Assembly: GCA_040752695.1 (NCBI GenBank)
Contig: JBFMGO010000050.1
Span: forward strand, 1 to 21,863
Length of the DNA stretch: 21,863 bases
Direction: 5' to 3'
Origin: a bacterium
GTDB lineage: Bacteria > SZUA-182 > DTGQ01
Part shown: positions 7,478 through 16,057 of the stretch, one piece after another
Layout of the letters: every line of letters begins with the position of its first letter
Numbering within the stretch: the first letter of the stretch is position 1
Notes under the pieces: model-generated
Seen by the model: only the letters and a program-made list of their open reading frames with translations
Told to the model about the DNA's origin: nothing
Database searches by the model: none
Position numbers and translations under genes: made by a program

Positions 7478-9826
7478 TTAGAATTTATCAGTGCCGTGAC
7501 AGCCCTGACACATATTGCCGCCTGGCGGTCTATCCCCAGGATAATTATCCTCAACGAGGAGAAAGCCATGGAGATCCCGCTCGAGCGTAGAGGATCCGAC
7601 TTTTCCACTCCAGGGAGTTTTCGCTGCATGAACATTATGACAGGTCAGGCATATTACTCCCCCGTTCTTGCCATCTTTAAAATTACCGTAGGTAATACCT
7701 CTGCTCGATCCGCTTCCTCCGCCATAGAATCTTTCGGTAAACGGTGCCTTTGTCTTCAGGGCATTGGGAACCACTTTTTCTCCAACAGGATGGGTTATCT
7801 TGGCATCTTTACCCATTGGATCAGCGTTCGTCAGTGTGCAATGGCACTGCTCGCAAAAACCCTCTCTTGCAGCCTGATTAGCCACCGTAACCGGCGAACC
7901 ATCTGCATTCACCAGACTATCGGACTTATAAGGTGTTGCCTTATCATCAAGACTCAGCCGATACAGGTAAGGCGGCTTTACATTGTCATGAACGTCATGA
8001 CAACTTCCACAGTAAATCTGGCCGGCCTCCGTACCGTAATCATCCATGGTACCGCCAGGTGCACCGGAACTGCCATCCGCTATGGGGAACAGGCCCATCA
8101 TGAAATTCTCTTTGGTATTGGAACTCTCGGGCTTACAGGCAAATCGATGGCTGAAGAAGTTCTTCCCGGATGGATTCAGTAAGGAACCATTTCCTGAACC
8201 ATCTTCAGTATAATTTCCGACTATTTCAGGATCGTTATGGCAACCATAACACATTGCTTCGTAACCGTTCCGCCCAAGAGACTTAACGGAAGTTCCCTGA
8301 GTACCCCAATCCACCGCCTTGGCCGGTATTCGCATCAGGGCTTTAATATCTGTCGGAACGTCTTTCGGCGTAGCATTCTCGCTGAGTTTTCTGGCATTTC
8401 CACCAAGATCGTTATCATCTCTCAGATGAATGAAATGGCAGAACATACAGCCGCCACGTTGATCGGAGGTTGCATCTCTCAGATGCTTTCCAGCGAGAAA
8501 TTGTTTATCCTTGGGATGTGGCGTTTGCTTGGTTTCGGTTGTTCCATCCACTTTTAGTCTGGAATTATGACAATGCTCACAATAGTCGGTAGCGTCATCC
8601 TTAAAAGATGCGTACAGCAGGAACTTATCATTCTCTACTTTTCCATCGGTAGTATGAGCACCATGACAGGAGGTGCAGCCAAAGATCCTTCTCGAATCAC
8701 CCGTGGGGAGAGGATCTCCGACCTTACCGTCAGCGGTCTTGGAGTAACCATCTAAATGGAAAAGACCTTTATCAGGCAAATTAATGGTATGGCACTTGTC
8801 AGTTGTACACGAGGTTTTTTCCCAAGGTCTGCCCATTGGATGATGACCACGTGCTACACCCAGTTTCGGAGCCTCTTCCCATACAGGCGGGCCATTGTAT
8901 CCTGGTACCCGGTCAAGATGGCATGATGTGCAGTTAGTTGATTTATAATATACATTCTGGGTAGCCGGGTTAAAGTCACCGAGCGTCTTGGGGAATTGGA
9001 AAGGAATTGATGCAGGGAGAAAGTCTATAAGAATAAGTCTTTCTTTACCGTCGTCATTTTCGTATTTATACCCATCATGGGGCCGATGGCACGCTTCACA
9101 TTGAGGATCGTCTCCAACGTGAATTTTAACCCTGCCGTCTTTTTCCCCAGGGTGACACTGTCTGCAAAATTCTCTCCGGTTGTGAGTTGTTCCTGCGTTT
9201 TCACCTGTCATGACTCGCAGGTAATCCCCATTTCCCGATTCATCTTTGTTGGGCTGCTTATGAGGGTTATGGCACGATCCACAATAAAAGCCTTCCGCTC
9301 CCTCTCCCTCACTGAGGTGAAGAAGTTCACTGGGCACTTCGGCAGTCAACGAAGTCTTGTTACGAACCCGGTTGGCTGCATCTATTCCCATGACATGATC
9401 AGCGCTGCGCTCGGTTTCACCCTTTTCCAGTTCGAAAACATTCCCATTTTTATTATTATAGTGAGCATCCTTACTCGGTATGCCATCCCACTGGGGTGTC
9501 CCTCCCTTCTCTCTATACGTCAATCCGGAAGAGATCTTGCTAAACTCGTTATTCGGCCGGTGGTGACAACTCACGCACAGGTCTTTTGTCACAACTGCCT
9601 TGCCTTTCGACGATAAATCACGAGCCCAGATTTTTTTCCCTTTCGCTCCGTGCGGCTTATGGCAGTTAGCACAAACCTGGATTTCTTCTCCTGTATCGTG
9701 CTGAGTACATAAGTGCCCGCCATAGAGTGGCGACCCATCAACCGCAAGAGCTATAGGAGTATGATATACAAAGGTAAATAACCCAATCCCTATAGCTAAT
9801 AATGCAACTCTGATACCTTTTTTCAT
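7478..9826 (-). CDS. Secreted multiheme c-type cytochrome, 782 aa, 14 CxxCH + 1 CX4CH; close paralog of 4333-6615
   Basis: RBS GAGGAGGG upstream. Signal peptide ending ALA-VD. Motifs CANCH, CVSCH, CGSCH, CRQCH, CEACH, CTSCH, CTTDKCH, CTSCH, CEHCH, CMFCH, CYGCH, CGSCH, CEQCH, CLTCH, CQGCH, colinear with the neighbouring cytochrome. Confidence 0.95.
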   Translation of the reverse strand: MKKGIRVALLAIGIGLFTFVYHTPIALAVDGSPLYGGHLCTQHDTGEEIQVCANCHKPHGAKGKKIWARDLSSKGKAVVTKDLCVSCHHRPNNEFSKISSGLTYREKGGTPQWDGIPSKDAHYNNKNGNVFELEKGETERSADHVMGIDAANRVRNKTSLTAEVPSELLHLSEGEGAEGFYCGSCHNPHKQPNKDESGNGDYLRVMTGENAGTTHNRREFCRQCHPGEKDGRVKIHVGDDPQCEACHRPHDGYKYENDDGKERLILIDFLPASIPFQFPKTLGDFNPATQNVYYKSTNCTSCHLDRVPGYNGPPVWEEAPKLGVARGHHPMGRPWEKTSCTTDKCHTINLPDKGLFHLDGYSKTADGKVGDPLPTGDSRRIFGCTSCHGAHTTDGKVENDKFLLYASFKDDATDYCEHCHNSRLKVDGTTETKQTPHPKDKQFLAGKHLRDATSDQRGGCMFCHFIHLRDDNDLGGNARKLSENATPKDVPTDIKALMRIPAKAVDWGTQGTSVKSLGRNGYEAMCYGCHNDPEIVGNYTEDGSGNGSLLNPSGKNFFSHRFACKPESSNTKENFMMGLFPIADGSSGAPGGTMDDYGTEAGQIYCGSCHDVHDNVKPPYLYRLSLDDKATPYKSDSLVNADGSPVTVANQAAREGFCEQCHCTLTNADPMGKDAKITHPVGEKVVPNALKTKAPFTERFYGGGSGSSRGITYGNFKDGKNGGVICLTCHNVHAAKTPWSGKVGSSTLERDLHGFLLVEDNYPGDRPPGGNMCQGCHGTDKF

Positions 9827-10247
9827 TTACCGGTTCCCTCCTCTCATAGACTCTCTTAACCATGAAGATTCCCGATTAACCGCTCTTTACTCCATATTCT
9901 AACTTGTTAATCTCATGTGCCCTGCTAAGGTGCTCCACTCACTGGCGATGAGCAGTTCATTCTCCCTCCCTCATACCAAGGCAACGTTTCAATCATCCAC
10001 CGCCCGCTGATTTATTTTAGTAAGATACAAAAAGATAAAACCCCTACCCCCTCATCTCAATCGCTAGGTTATCATCACCGATTCCTCCTCTTCCTTCTTC
10101 TTCTCTTCATCTCAATAGGCTGACCACCCGTAGTATCGAGACTTGATAAACATGCATGGATTTATACCCGCGTCGTGTAAGACACTGATAAAAAAACAGT
10201 CTACCTGCACTTCAAATTCATATCAAAAAACAGGATCATCTCAATGA

Positions 10248-11294
10248 TTATTTTGCATCCTTTACAATGTAAACCTGGTCAGTTCCCTGATCCATAATCA
10301 AGAGCGAGTCATCATTGCCCATAGATATCCGTATCACCCTTTTAAAAAATATCTTTTCGCCCTTATCATCATCCAGCCATTTGATCACTCCGATGCATTC
10401 CCCTTCAGAATTGAACACCTGGATACATTTCAGCAGAAGGTCCGATGCATAAATGCGGCCTTGAGAGTCAACAGCCATACCCGTTAACCGGGAAAATTGA
10501 CCCACCATATCGCCGCTTTCTCCTATTTTGAGGAGCTCTGTCCCATCCTGTTTGAAAACCCTGATCCTGTCACAGAGTCCTTCCGGAACATATACTCTTT
10601 CATGATTGTCAAAACGGACGATCCCCGGAGTACAGAACATGCCCGATTTTTCTCCTTTAAAATACTGGAGAAACTTCCCTTTCAAATCATGAATAGTGAC
10701 ATGCCCATTGGCAGGATCACTGATGTATAACCGGCTGCTCTTCTTTTCGATGGCTATACAGCCAGGAGGATCGTTCTTATACCTGTCACTCTCAGCCAGA
10801 GCCGACCTGGAGGAGAATTCTTCCAGGAATTTGCCGCTCGGGTCAAAAACCATTATTTTTTCCCGCTCTACATCACAAATGAAGACCCTGTCCTTATTAT
10901 CTATAGCAAGAGTAAAGGGGCGGCCGATTTGTCCGGGTCGGTCTCCTTTCTCTCCAAACTGAAATAAAAACTTCCCGTCTCTATTAAAGACCATAACTCT
11001 GGGAGGAAGATCCTTGAGCAGATAATATTCACCCTGCGAATTCTGGGCCAGATCGATTATAATGCCAGAATCCTGCTGAACACCATTGACGTTTTGTACT
11101 CGCGAGCAATCCAGTGTTCCTATGAACTTAACCTGCTTATTGGCAACTACGTCTTCTTCCTGATTAGCGCTCTGACTGCTCTTGTCGCGGTCGGGGCCTC
11201 TTCTTTTTTGCGAGAGAGCAGCCTTTGGAAGCAAAAAAGAAGACACCAGGATGAAGATGATTAATAAACATAAGCTGAATGAAAACCTTTTCAT
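10248..11294 (-). CDS. Secreted NHL-repeat (6-bladed beta-propeller) protein, 348 aa
   Basis: Purine-rich RBS and signal peptide. NHL repeats FGEKGDRPGQIGRPFTLAIDNKDRVFICD..IMVFD and IGESGDMVGQFSRLTGMAVDSQGRIYASD..IQVFN. Confidence 0.9.
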   Translation of the reverse strand: MKRFSFSLCLLIIFILVSSFLLPKAALSQKRRGPDRDKSSQSANQEEDVVANKQVKFIGTLDCSRVQNVNGVQQDSGIIIDLAQNSQGEYYLLKDLPPRVMVFNRDGKFLFQFGEKGDRPGQIGRPFTLAIDNKDRVFICDVEREKIMVFDPSGKFLEEFSSRSALAESDRYKNDPPGCIAIEKKSSRLYISDPANGHVTIHDLKGKFLQYFKGEKSGMFCTPGIVRFDNHERVYVPEGLCDRIRVFKQDGTELLKIGESGDMVGQFSRLTGMAVDSQGRIYASDLLLKCIQVFNSEGECIGVIKWLDDDKGEKIFFKRVIRISMGNDDSLLIMDQGTDQVYIVKDAK

Positions 11295-11575
11295 AATTCC
11301 TATCCCCCTTCAGTATTCGCTCATTCCTCATCAAGAGCCGCTCATTCATACAGCCTTCAAGCAGGTAACCGGCGACGATCGATAATAACGCACGGCTCTC
11401 CGTGAGATTGTGCAAGACCTTGCATAATCATGCGAATTATTCCCTCATTGAGGAGTACTCAAACCCTGCGCTCCTCATCATAATAAACGACTTGATTACC
11501 CATACCTAAAAGACAAAAGGGTGATGAGGAAACTTTCTTCTTTTTCACCTGCTGAAACACACTACCAAAAAGAGA

Positions 11576-11591
11576 TGCAAAATAAATACCA
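11576..11591 (-). promoter_or_regulatory. sigma54 (RpoN) -24/-12 promoter
   Basis: Minus strand TGGTATTTATTTTGCA (TGG-N10-GC, TTGCA), ~280 nt upstream of the NHL gene start at 11294. Confidence 0.7.
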
Positions 11592-12226
11592 TCTACTTTG
11601 GGCTTCTCTTTCTTGTTCCCTGCCTTTTCCTGGAGGAAGCTAACTGATTGAATAAAAAATTTTAATACATTACTCAAGGATGTTTGAATTTAGTCCAGAC
11701 AAGCAAGCCATCGAAAACAAGCATGTATTCGTTTACCTATAGTATGAACAGGGGATGCGCCCCTTTTCAATCATGAGTGGATACCCGTGAAAAAGACCAC
11801 AGAGTGATTCTCTCATAATTCACTATTTTGATATATGTCGGCTTACTATCTTATTTATAGTTACTGTCTTAGAGAAATTGATGTAATACTTTCTCATAAT
11901 CTTGCCGGAATAAACTTGTTGGGGAGCATATCTAAGATGATCATGATTGACTTTTTTTGCAATTACTTGTCCCTTGTGCCATCACGGGCAACCACAGGGA
12001 GCGAGGCATCTTGCTTTTTGGCAGGAAGATTCCTCTTACTAGATATTCAGAAATATAAAATAACAATGATAATATAACAAAGGTGCAGCCTTAAGTCAAA
12101 CGATATTTTCCCATGCAACAATCACTGCCAAAGGCCAGACGCAAGTACGGGCCAAGACACCGGCTCCATACACGATGCTTAAAACTGCGGGAGGAACCGG
12201 GCAGAAACTTCCGCCCTCTCCGAATA

Positions 12227-14314
12227 TTAGAGCATATCGTAATGGCAGTTGCAGCATAGTCCGCTGCCATACTGATATGCAGGCTGATCCTGGAACCTTC
12301 CGCCTGCGGCATTATCGATGATCAGGAGTTTGCCGGAATTGGAATTCCCGGTCCGGCTGATGCCATGATGACTGGTTACGGCTGAATGAACGCTGTGGCA
12401 GGACTGGCAGATGATATCCCCGTTCACCATATCATTCGATGTCTGTCCTCCGATTCCCCCGCTAAAGCCTGCGATCAGGTACCATGAAAAATTATCACCA
12501 AAACGAACTGCCTGCTGATTCAGCGGTACGTTGACCGGATGGGAGTCACCGGGCTTTGGATTTTTGGTATGGCAGGCGATACACAAAGCAGAGCCGGAGT
12601 CTTCCCAGGTTACATTCGGGTAGCGCAGATAAGCGGTGCGCCGGCTGATGAACTCCTGTGAGTAGTGAGCAGGCGGAGAGTCCTGCCTGTGGACATTGTG
12701 GCAGCTCCCGCACCAGATTGTTTCCTTTTCCACTCCATAATCGTTCTTGCACTTCTTTTCGATACCATCGGAAACAACGGGCTTTCCGTCCTCAAAAGGA
12801 TCGATGATATTGATATTGGCAGTAGGTTTCACATTGAACCGATGGGAAAAGTACCGGTCGTCCACGTTATCAAAAAGTAAGGAATTATCTTCATTATCAG
12901 TCTCTTTCGACTTAACGATCTCGGTCCGTGAGTGGCAGCCGTAACATGCATCCTCATAATCACGCACATCTCCATCACTGATCTTGTCACCCCACCGGAG
13001 GTTTACCGGTGCAACCCTCATAATCACATCCACCGAAGCCGAAGAGTTCTCCATCGTGGCCTCATCGCTGTCAGTCTGGAAAAAGACAGACGGATCATCC
13101 GGTGACTTATGGATGCAATGGCAGAAGAGACACTCGTTCTCATTTTGCGGCTGGCCGCTGTTTCGCCCAACCTGGTTATGACCCCGGCCAGGAGTGGATT
13201 CAAGATCACGAACCTTTTTGTCAGAGTGGCAGGCGACGCAGAAAGTGCCGGGATGGGCCGGATCGTACCTGCCGATGACCTGGGGATTCAGATACTTAGC
13301 GTTGGTGGCATTGTGAGGGTCATGACAGGAGCCGCAATAAAGCTCACCTTCCGGGGATAACGGCCCGGCTGCGGTCTTTTGATGCCCCTGGGTGGAAGCA
13401 TCTGCCCCTGTCCCCATGGGGTGATGCTCGAACCTGTGGTCGCAATCATCAGCGTTTAAAGGAGCCACCAAAGCTCCTTCACCACCGCCTTGAAACTTGT
13501 GACAGCCATAGCAGGTAGCTGCATAAGAAGCGGCATTCGGGTCGGAAAAGCCGGGTACGTTGGGGACAGAAATGAAAGAGATGTTCTTGGTTTTTATAAT
13601 TTTTTTATCGCTGCCGGAAGCATAGTACGCTGGCATGTCCTTGCCGCGGACCAAAGAGCGATTCAGAGCCTTTCCCATCTTGCTGCTTCGATTGGGAGAA
13701 TAATGCGGAGTATGACAGTCGAAGCAGCCATCTTTGGTTCCATGGCCATGGGCCTGTCCATGGACCAGAGGAGCATGGCATTGAATGCAAAACTCATAGT
13801 GTTTCTGTGAGATATTTTGAATCAGCCCTTCTGATTCCTCCCTCAGGTAATCGCCGCTGTTGTCAGCGTCAATATAGAAAGGATCAGTATGGGGATTATG
13901 GCAACTTCCGCAATAGAATCCCTCCCCGCCCTCCTTGGGTCGCAGGGGGAATTTACCCCAATCTTTGCGGGTAACTGCCGGGCCTTGAGAAGAAGCATTG
14001 ATTCCCATGGGGTGATCACTTCCCTCCTCAACGAAGATGTAGTCTCGAGCACCGAACAGATGCGTTCCATGACAGGTTGAGCACAGCCTTTTGGTGCCGG
14101 TAAACTCTCCGCCCGGCGTACGGGCCCACAGCATGTCATCGGCAGCATGGTGGGGCAGATGGCAGGCTCCGCAGGGGTCATCCGGTATACACCACGCATG
14201 AGGGCCATTCAGCGCCCAGGCGGGCTGAAATCCAAAACCAATTACGGAAAGAGAAAAAACAATACCCGCAACCCACCGAAAGAGGGTTCTCCTTGAAAAT
14301 TTACCTTGAAACAT
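12227..14314 (-). CDS. Secreted multiheme c-type cytochrome, ~695 aa, 14 CxxCH; more distant paralog of the other two
   Basis: Start re-assigned from 14623 to ATG 14314 (MFQGKFSRRTLFRWVAGIVFSLSVIGFGFQPAWA-LN signal peptide). This overlaps the upstream NHL gene by 14 nt, suggesting translational coupling. Motifs CGACH, CSTCH, CGSCH, CIQCH, CFDCH, CYGCH, CGSCH, CVACH, CLFCH, CYGCH, CGSCH, CIACH, CQSCH, CCNCH. Shares EGFYCGSCHNPH, GDYLR, FSHRF and DYG with the paralogs. Confidence 0.93.
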   Translation of the reverse strand: MFQGKFSRRTLFRWVAGIVFSLSVIGFGFQPAWALNGPHAWCIPDDPCGACHLPHHAADDMLWARTPGGEFTGTKRLCSTCHGTHLFGARDYIFVEEGSDHPMGINASSQGPAVTRKDWGKFPLRPKEGGEGFYCGSCHNPHTDPFYIDADNSGDYLREESEGLIQNISQKHYEFCIQCHAPLVHGQAHGHGTKDGCFDCHTPHYSPNRSSKMGKALNRSLVRGKDMPAYYASGSDKKIIKTKNISFISVPNVPGFSDPNAASYAATCYGCHKFQGGGEGALVAPLNADDCDHRFEHHPMGTGADASTQGHQKTAAGPLSPEGELYCGSCHDPHNATNAKYLNPQVIGRYDPAHPGTFCVACHSDKKVRDLESTPGRGHNQVGRNSGQPQNENECLFCHCIHKSPDDPSVFFQTDSDEATMENSSASVDVIMRVAPVNLRWGDKISDGDVRDYEDACYGCHSRTEIVKSKETDNEDNSLLFDNVDDRYFSHRFNVKPTANINIIDPFEDGKPVVSDGIEKKCKNDYGVEKETIWCGSCHNVHRQDSPPAHYSQEFISRRTAYLRYPNVTWEDSGSALCIACHTKNPKPGDSHPVNVPLNQQAVRFGDNFSWYLIAGFSGGIGGQTSNDMVNGDIICQSCHSVHSAVTSHHGISRTGNSNSGKLLIIDNAAGGRFQDQPAYQYGSGLCCNCHYDML

Positions 14315-15419
14315 CAAACACCGAAACAACTTTTGTCTCCGCATTAACCACATATACTTTGTTTTTCGCATAGGCCAGACCCAGGGGCTGGCTGAATGTT
14401 TTAGAATCGTCCGCCTGGCGCAAAGAATCCAGGTACTCCCCTTTTTGGTTGAATACCTGGACCGAATTGAGGATAAAATCGGAAACGTAAATCCGGTCCT
14501 TATCATCAACTGCCACATCATAAGCTCGAATAAACTCCCCTTCTCCCGTACCGCTTCTTCCAAAAGCAAAGCGGAACCTAAAGCCGGGGGTAAAAGACTG
14601 TATCCGGTAATTTCCCGCATCAACTATATAGATATTTCCCTTCGAATCAAAAGCGATATGAGCCGGACCGCTCAGCTTTCCTTCCTCCGACCCCGATGTG
14701 CCAAACTGGTCCTTATATTCCCCTTTCAGACTATAGACACCTACCAGGTGATTACAGGCGTCAGGAATATAGAGCAGATTATCGGCCGGATTGCAGGAGA
14801 TGAAGGGGGCGCAGGCATTGCGGCCTTTTTCCTCCGCTTTCGGCTGGTAAATGGGAAATTGATCTTGAAATACCCCATCCGGATCGTAGATGGAAACGGT
14901 GTCCAGGGCAAGGTCACTTACGTAGATCCGGTCCCGCTGATCAATAGCTATCCCCGAAGGCTCGAAAAGAACTCCCTTCCTGGTCTGGTCCTGAGAAAGA
15001 CTGGTCTGGTTCTGAGAAAGAGATGATTTTTCACCAGGAGATTTTTCATCAGGAGATTTTTTACCAGGAGATTTATTGTCTGAAGATTTCTCGGCTGGTG
15101 AAGTTTTCCTGGCGGGAGATTTCTTGGCTGAAGTTTTCCCGCCAAAAGCAAAAAGAAACTGACCGGAAGGATCAAATACCCGGACCTCGTTGATCAGTGA
15201 GCAGGTCACGAAGAGGCGGCCTGTTGAATCTATGGCCAGGCAGGTGGGCTTACCAGGGTGGCTGTCCGAAAAAGGAATCGGAATCTGCCTCTCAAATCGA
15301 AAAAGTGAATCTGACCGCCGGAGAGATTCCGCTGCCTGGATCGGGCCGGCACAGAGTGAAAGGAGTAAGAGTAACTGCGGGAAAATAAATACGAACAAAT
15401 GATGCCGTTTAGGTGTCAT
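14301..15419 (-). CDS. Secreted NHL-repeat beta-propeller protein (~372 aa) with a Lys/Ser/Pro-rich insertion
   Basis: Preferred ATG 15419 with AGGA upstream (alternative start 15437). Signal peptide ending IQA-AE. NHL repeats FGTSGSEEGKLSGPAHIAFDSKGNIYIVDAGNYRIQSF and FGRSGTGEGEFIRAYDVAVDDKDRIYVSD..VQVFN. Confidence 0.9.
   Translation of the reverse strand: MTPKRHHLFVFIFPQLLLLLSLCAGPIQAAESLRRSDSLFRFERQIPIPFSDSHPGKPTCLAIDSTGRLFVTCSLINEVRVFDPSGQFLFAFGGKTSAKKSPARKTSPAEKSSDNKSPGKKSPDEKSPGEKSSLSQNQTSLSQDQTRKGVLFEPSGIAIDQRDRIYVSDLALDTVSIYDPDGVFQDQFPIYQPKAEEKGRNACAPFISCNPADNLLYIPDACNHLVGVYSLKGEYKDQFGTSGSEEGKLSGPAHIAFDSKGNIYIVDAGNYRIQSFTPGFRFRFAFGRSGTGEGEFIRAYDVAVDDKDRIYVSDFILNSVQVFNQKGEYLDSLRQADDSKTFSQPLGLAYAKNKVYVVNAETKVVSVFDVSR
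14980..15138 (-). repeat. Coding repeats inside the NHL gene: two 21-bp copies plus about eight degenerate ~15-bp units
   Basis: CTGGTCTGGT(C/T)CTGAGAAAGA at 14980-15000 and 15001-15021 (LSQNQTS/LSQDQTR). Adjacent peptide KTSAK-KSPAR-KTSPAE-KSSDN-KSPGK-KSPDE-KSPGE-KSS. Confidence 0.85.
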
Positions 15420-15494
15420 AAAATTTCCTGTTCCCATATATTTTCTGGCATACCGGCTTCACCCATTTTGCTTTCTATCGTCATAACCTGTAAG

Positions 15495-15535
15495 AATTCT
15501 GGAGCCAGGTGTCCAAAATTCTGAAGCCAGGTGTC
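15495..15535. repeat. Non-coding direct repeat, 19 bp x 2 with a 22-bp period, in the leader of the NHL-cytochrome operon
   Basis: AATTCTGGAGCCAGGTGTC (15495-15513) and AATTCTGAAGCCAGGTGTC (15517-15535), 18/19 identical. Confidence 0.8.
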
Positions 15536-15627
15536 GCAAATCAAAGAGCCGGCAAGAGTAAGGATTGCATGCCCTTGAATTCTGACCCCTGGGGAATGTC
15601 CCCTCAAAGGGTACAGCTCATGTAGTA

Positions 15628-15643
15628 AGCAAGACACGTACCA
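15628..15643 (-). promoter_or_regulatory. sigma54 (RpoN) -24/-12 promoter
   Basis: Minus strand TGGTACGTGTCTTGCT, one mismatch from TGGCAC-N5-TTGC(A/T), ~210 nt upstream of the NHL gene. Confidence 0.8.
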
Positions 15644-16057
15644 TTTATGAGCTTAAGATGTCAGCAGCCGGTGGCCAGTGATAGCGGTTAAGCGTTAATC
15701 CTCAAAAATGAAAAAGATGAATTTTTTACCCTATTCCTAAGCCCAAATTATCCGATTTTTTTCTTATTTATTTACAAATTTTCATAGATGATCACAGAAA
15801 GGAAAACGTCAAGGCACTCGATCATCGATTATCCTCACCCTGCATCGGTGATCAGGAGGAAACCTGAATCAAATTTTATTGGTTGCTTTATTACACATAT
15901 TATGAAAAAAAATGCAGAGTTAGTCAATACTAATCTCAATATTTTTAACGAGTATTTTCACTCATATCCCCATTTGCTTCTCCAGCCCTGGCGGTTCAGC
16001 CCATCGAGAGAGCCTTTTATCACTCGCCCCGAATGAGGAATTTTTTTGTCACCTCTT

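Noticed and set aside
11958..11973. Additional GG-N10-GC element on the minus strand (GGGACAAGTAATTGCA)
   Set aside because: Lacks the TGG(C/T)A -24 box, and a better site exists at 11576-11591.
11459..12077. Short ORFs 11459-11677 and 11835-12077
   Set aside because: AT-rich intergenic sequence with no clear RBS or motifs, and one of them spans the sigma54 promoter.
12125..12170. GACGCAAG-containing stretch reminiscent of a c-di-GMP-I/GEMM riboswitch
   Set aside because: No GAAA-tetraloop helix or receptor stem, and it is on the strand opposite the cytochrome genes.
14279..14296. SRRTLF resembling a twin-arginine (Tat) motif in the third cytochrome's signal peptide
   Set aside because: Imperfect match to SRRxFLK, absent from the paralogs in this form, and c-type cytochromes are normally exported unfolded by Sec.
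14315..14623. N-terminal 103 aa of the 798-aa ORF call
   Set aside because: Lies inside the NHL gene in another frame, and the signal peptide begins at ATG 14314.
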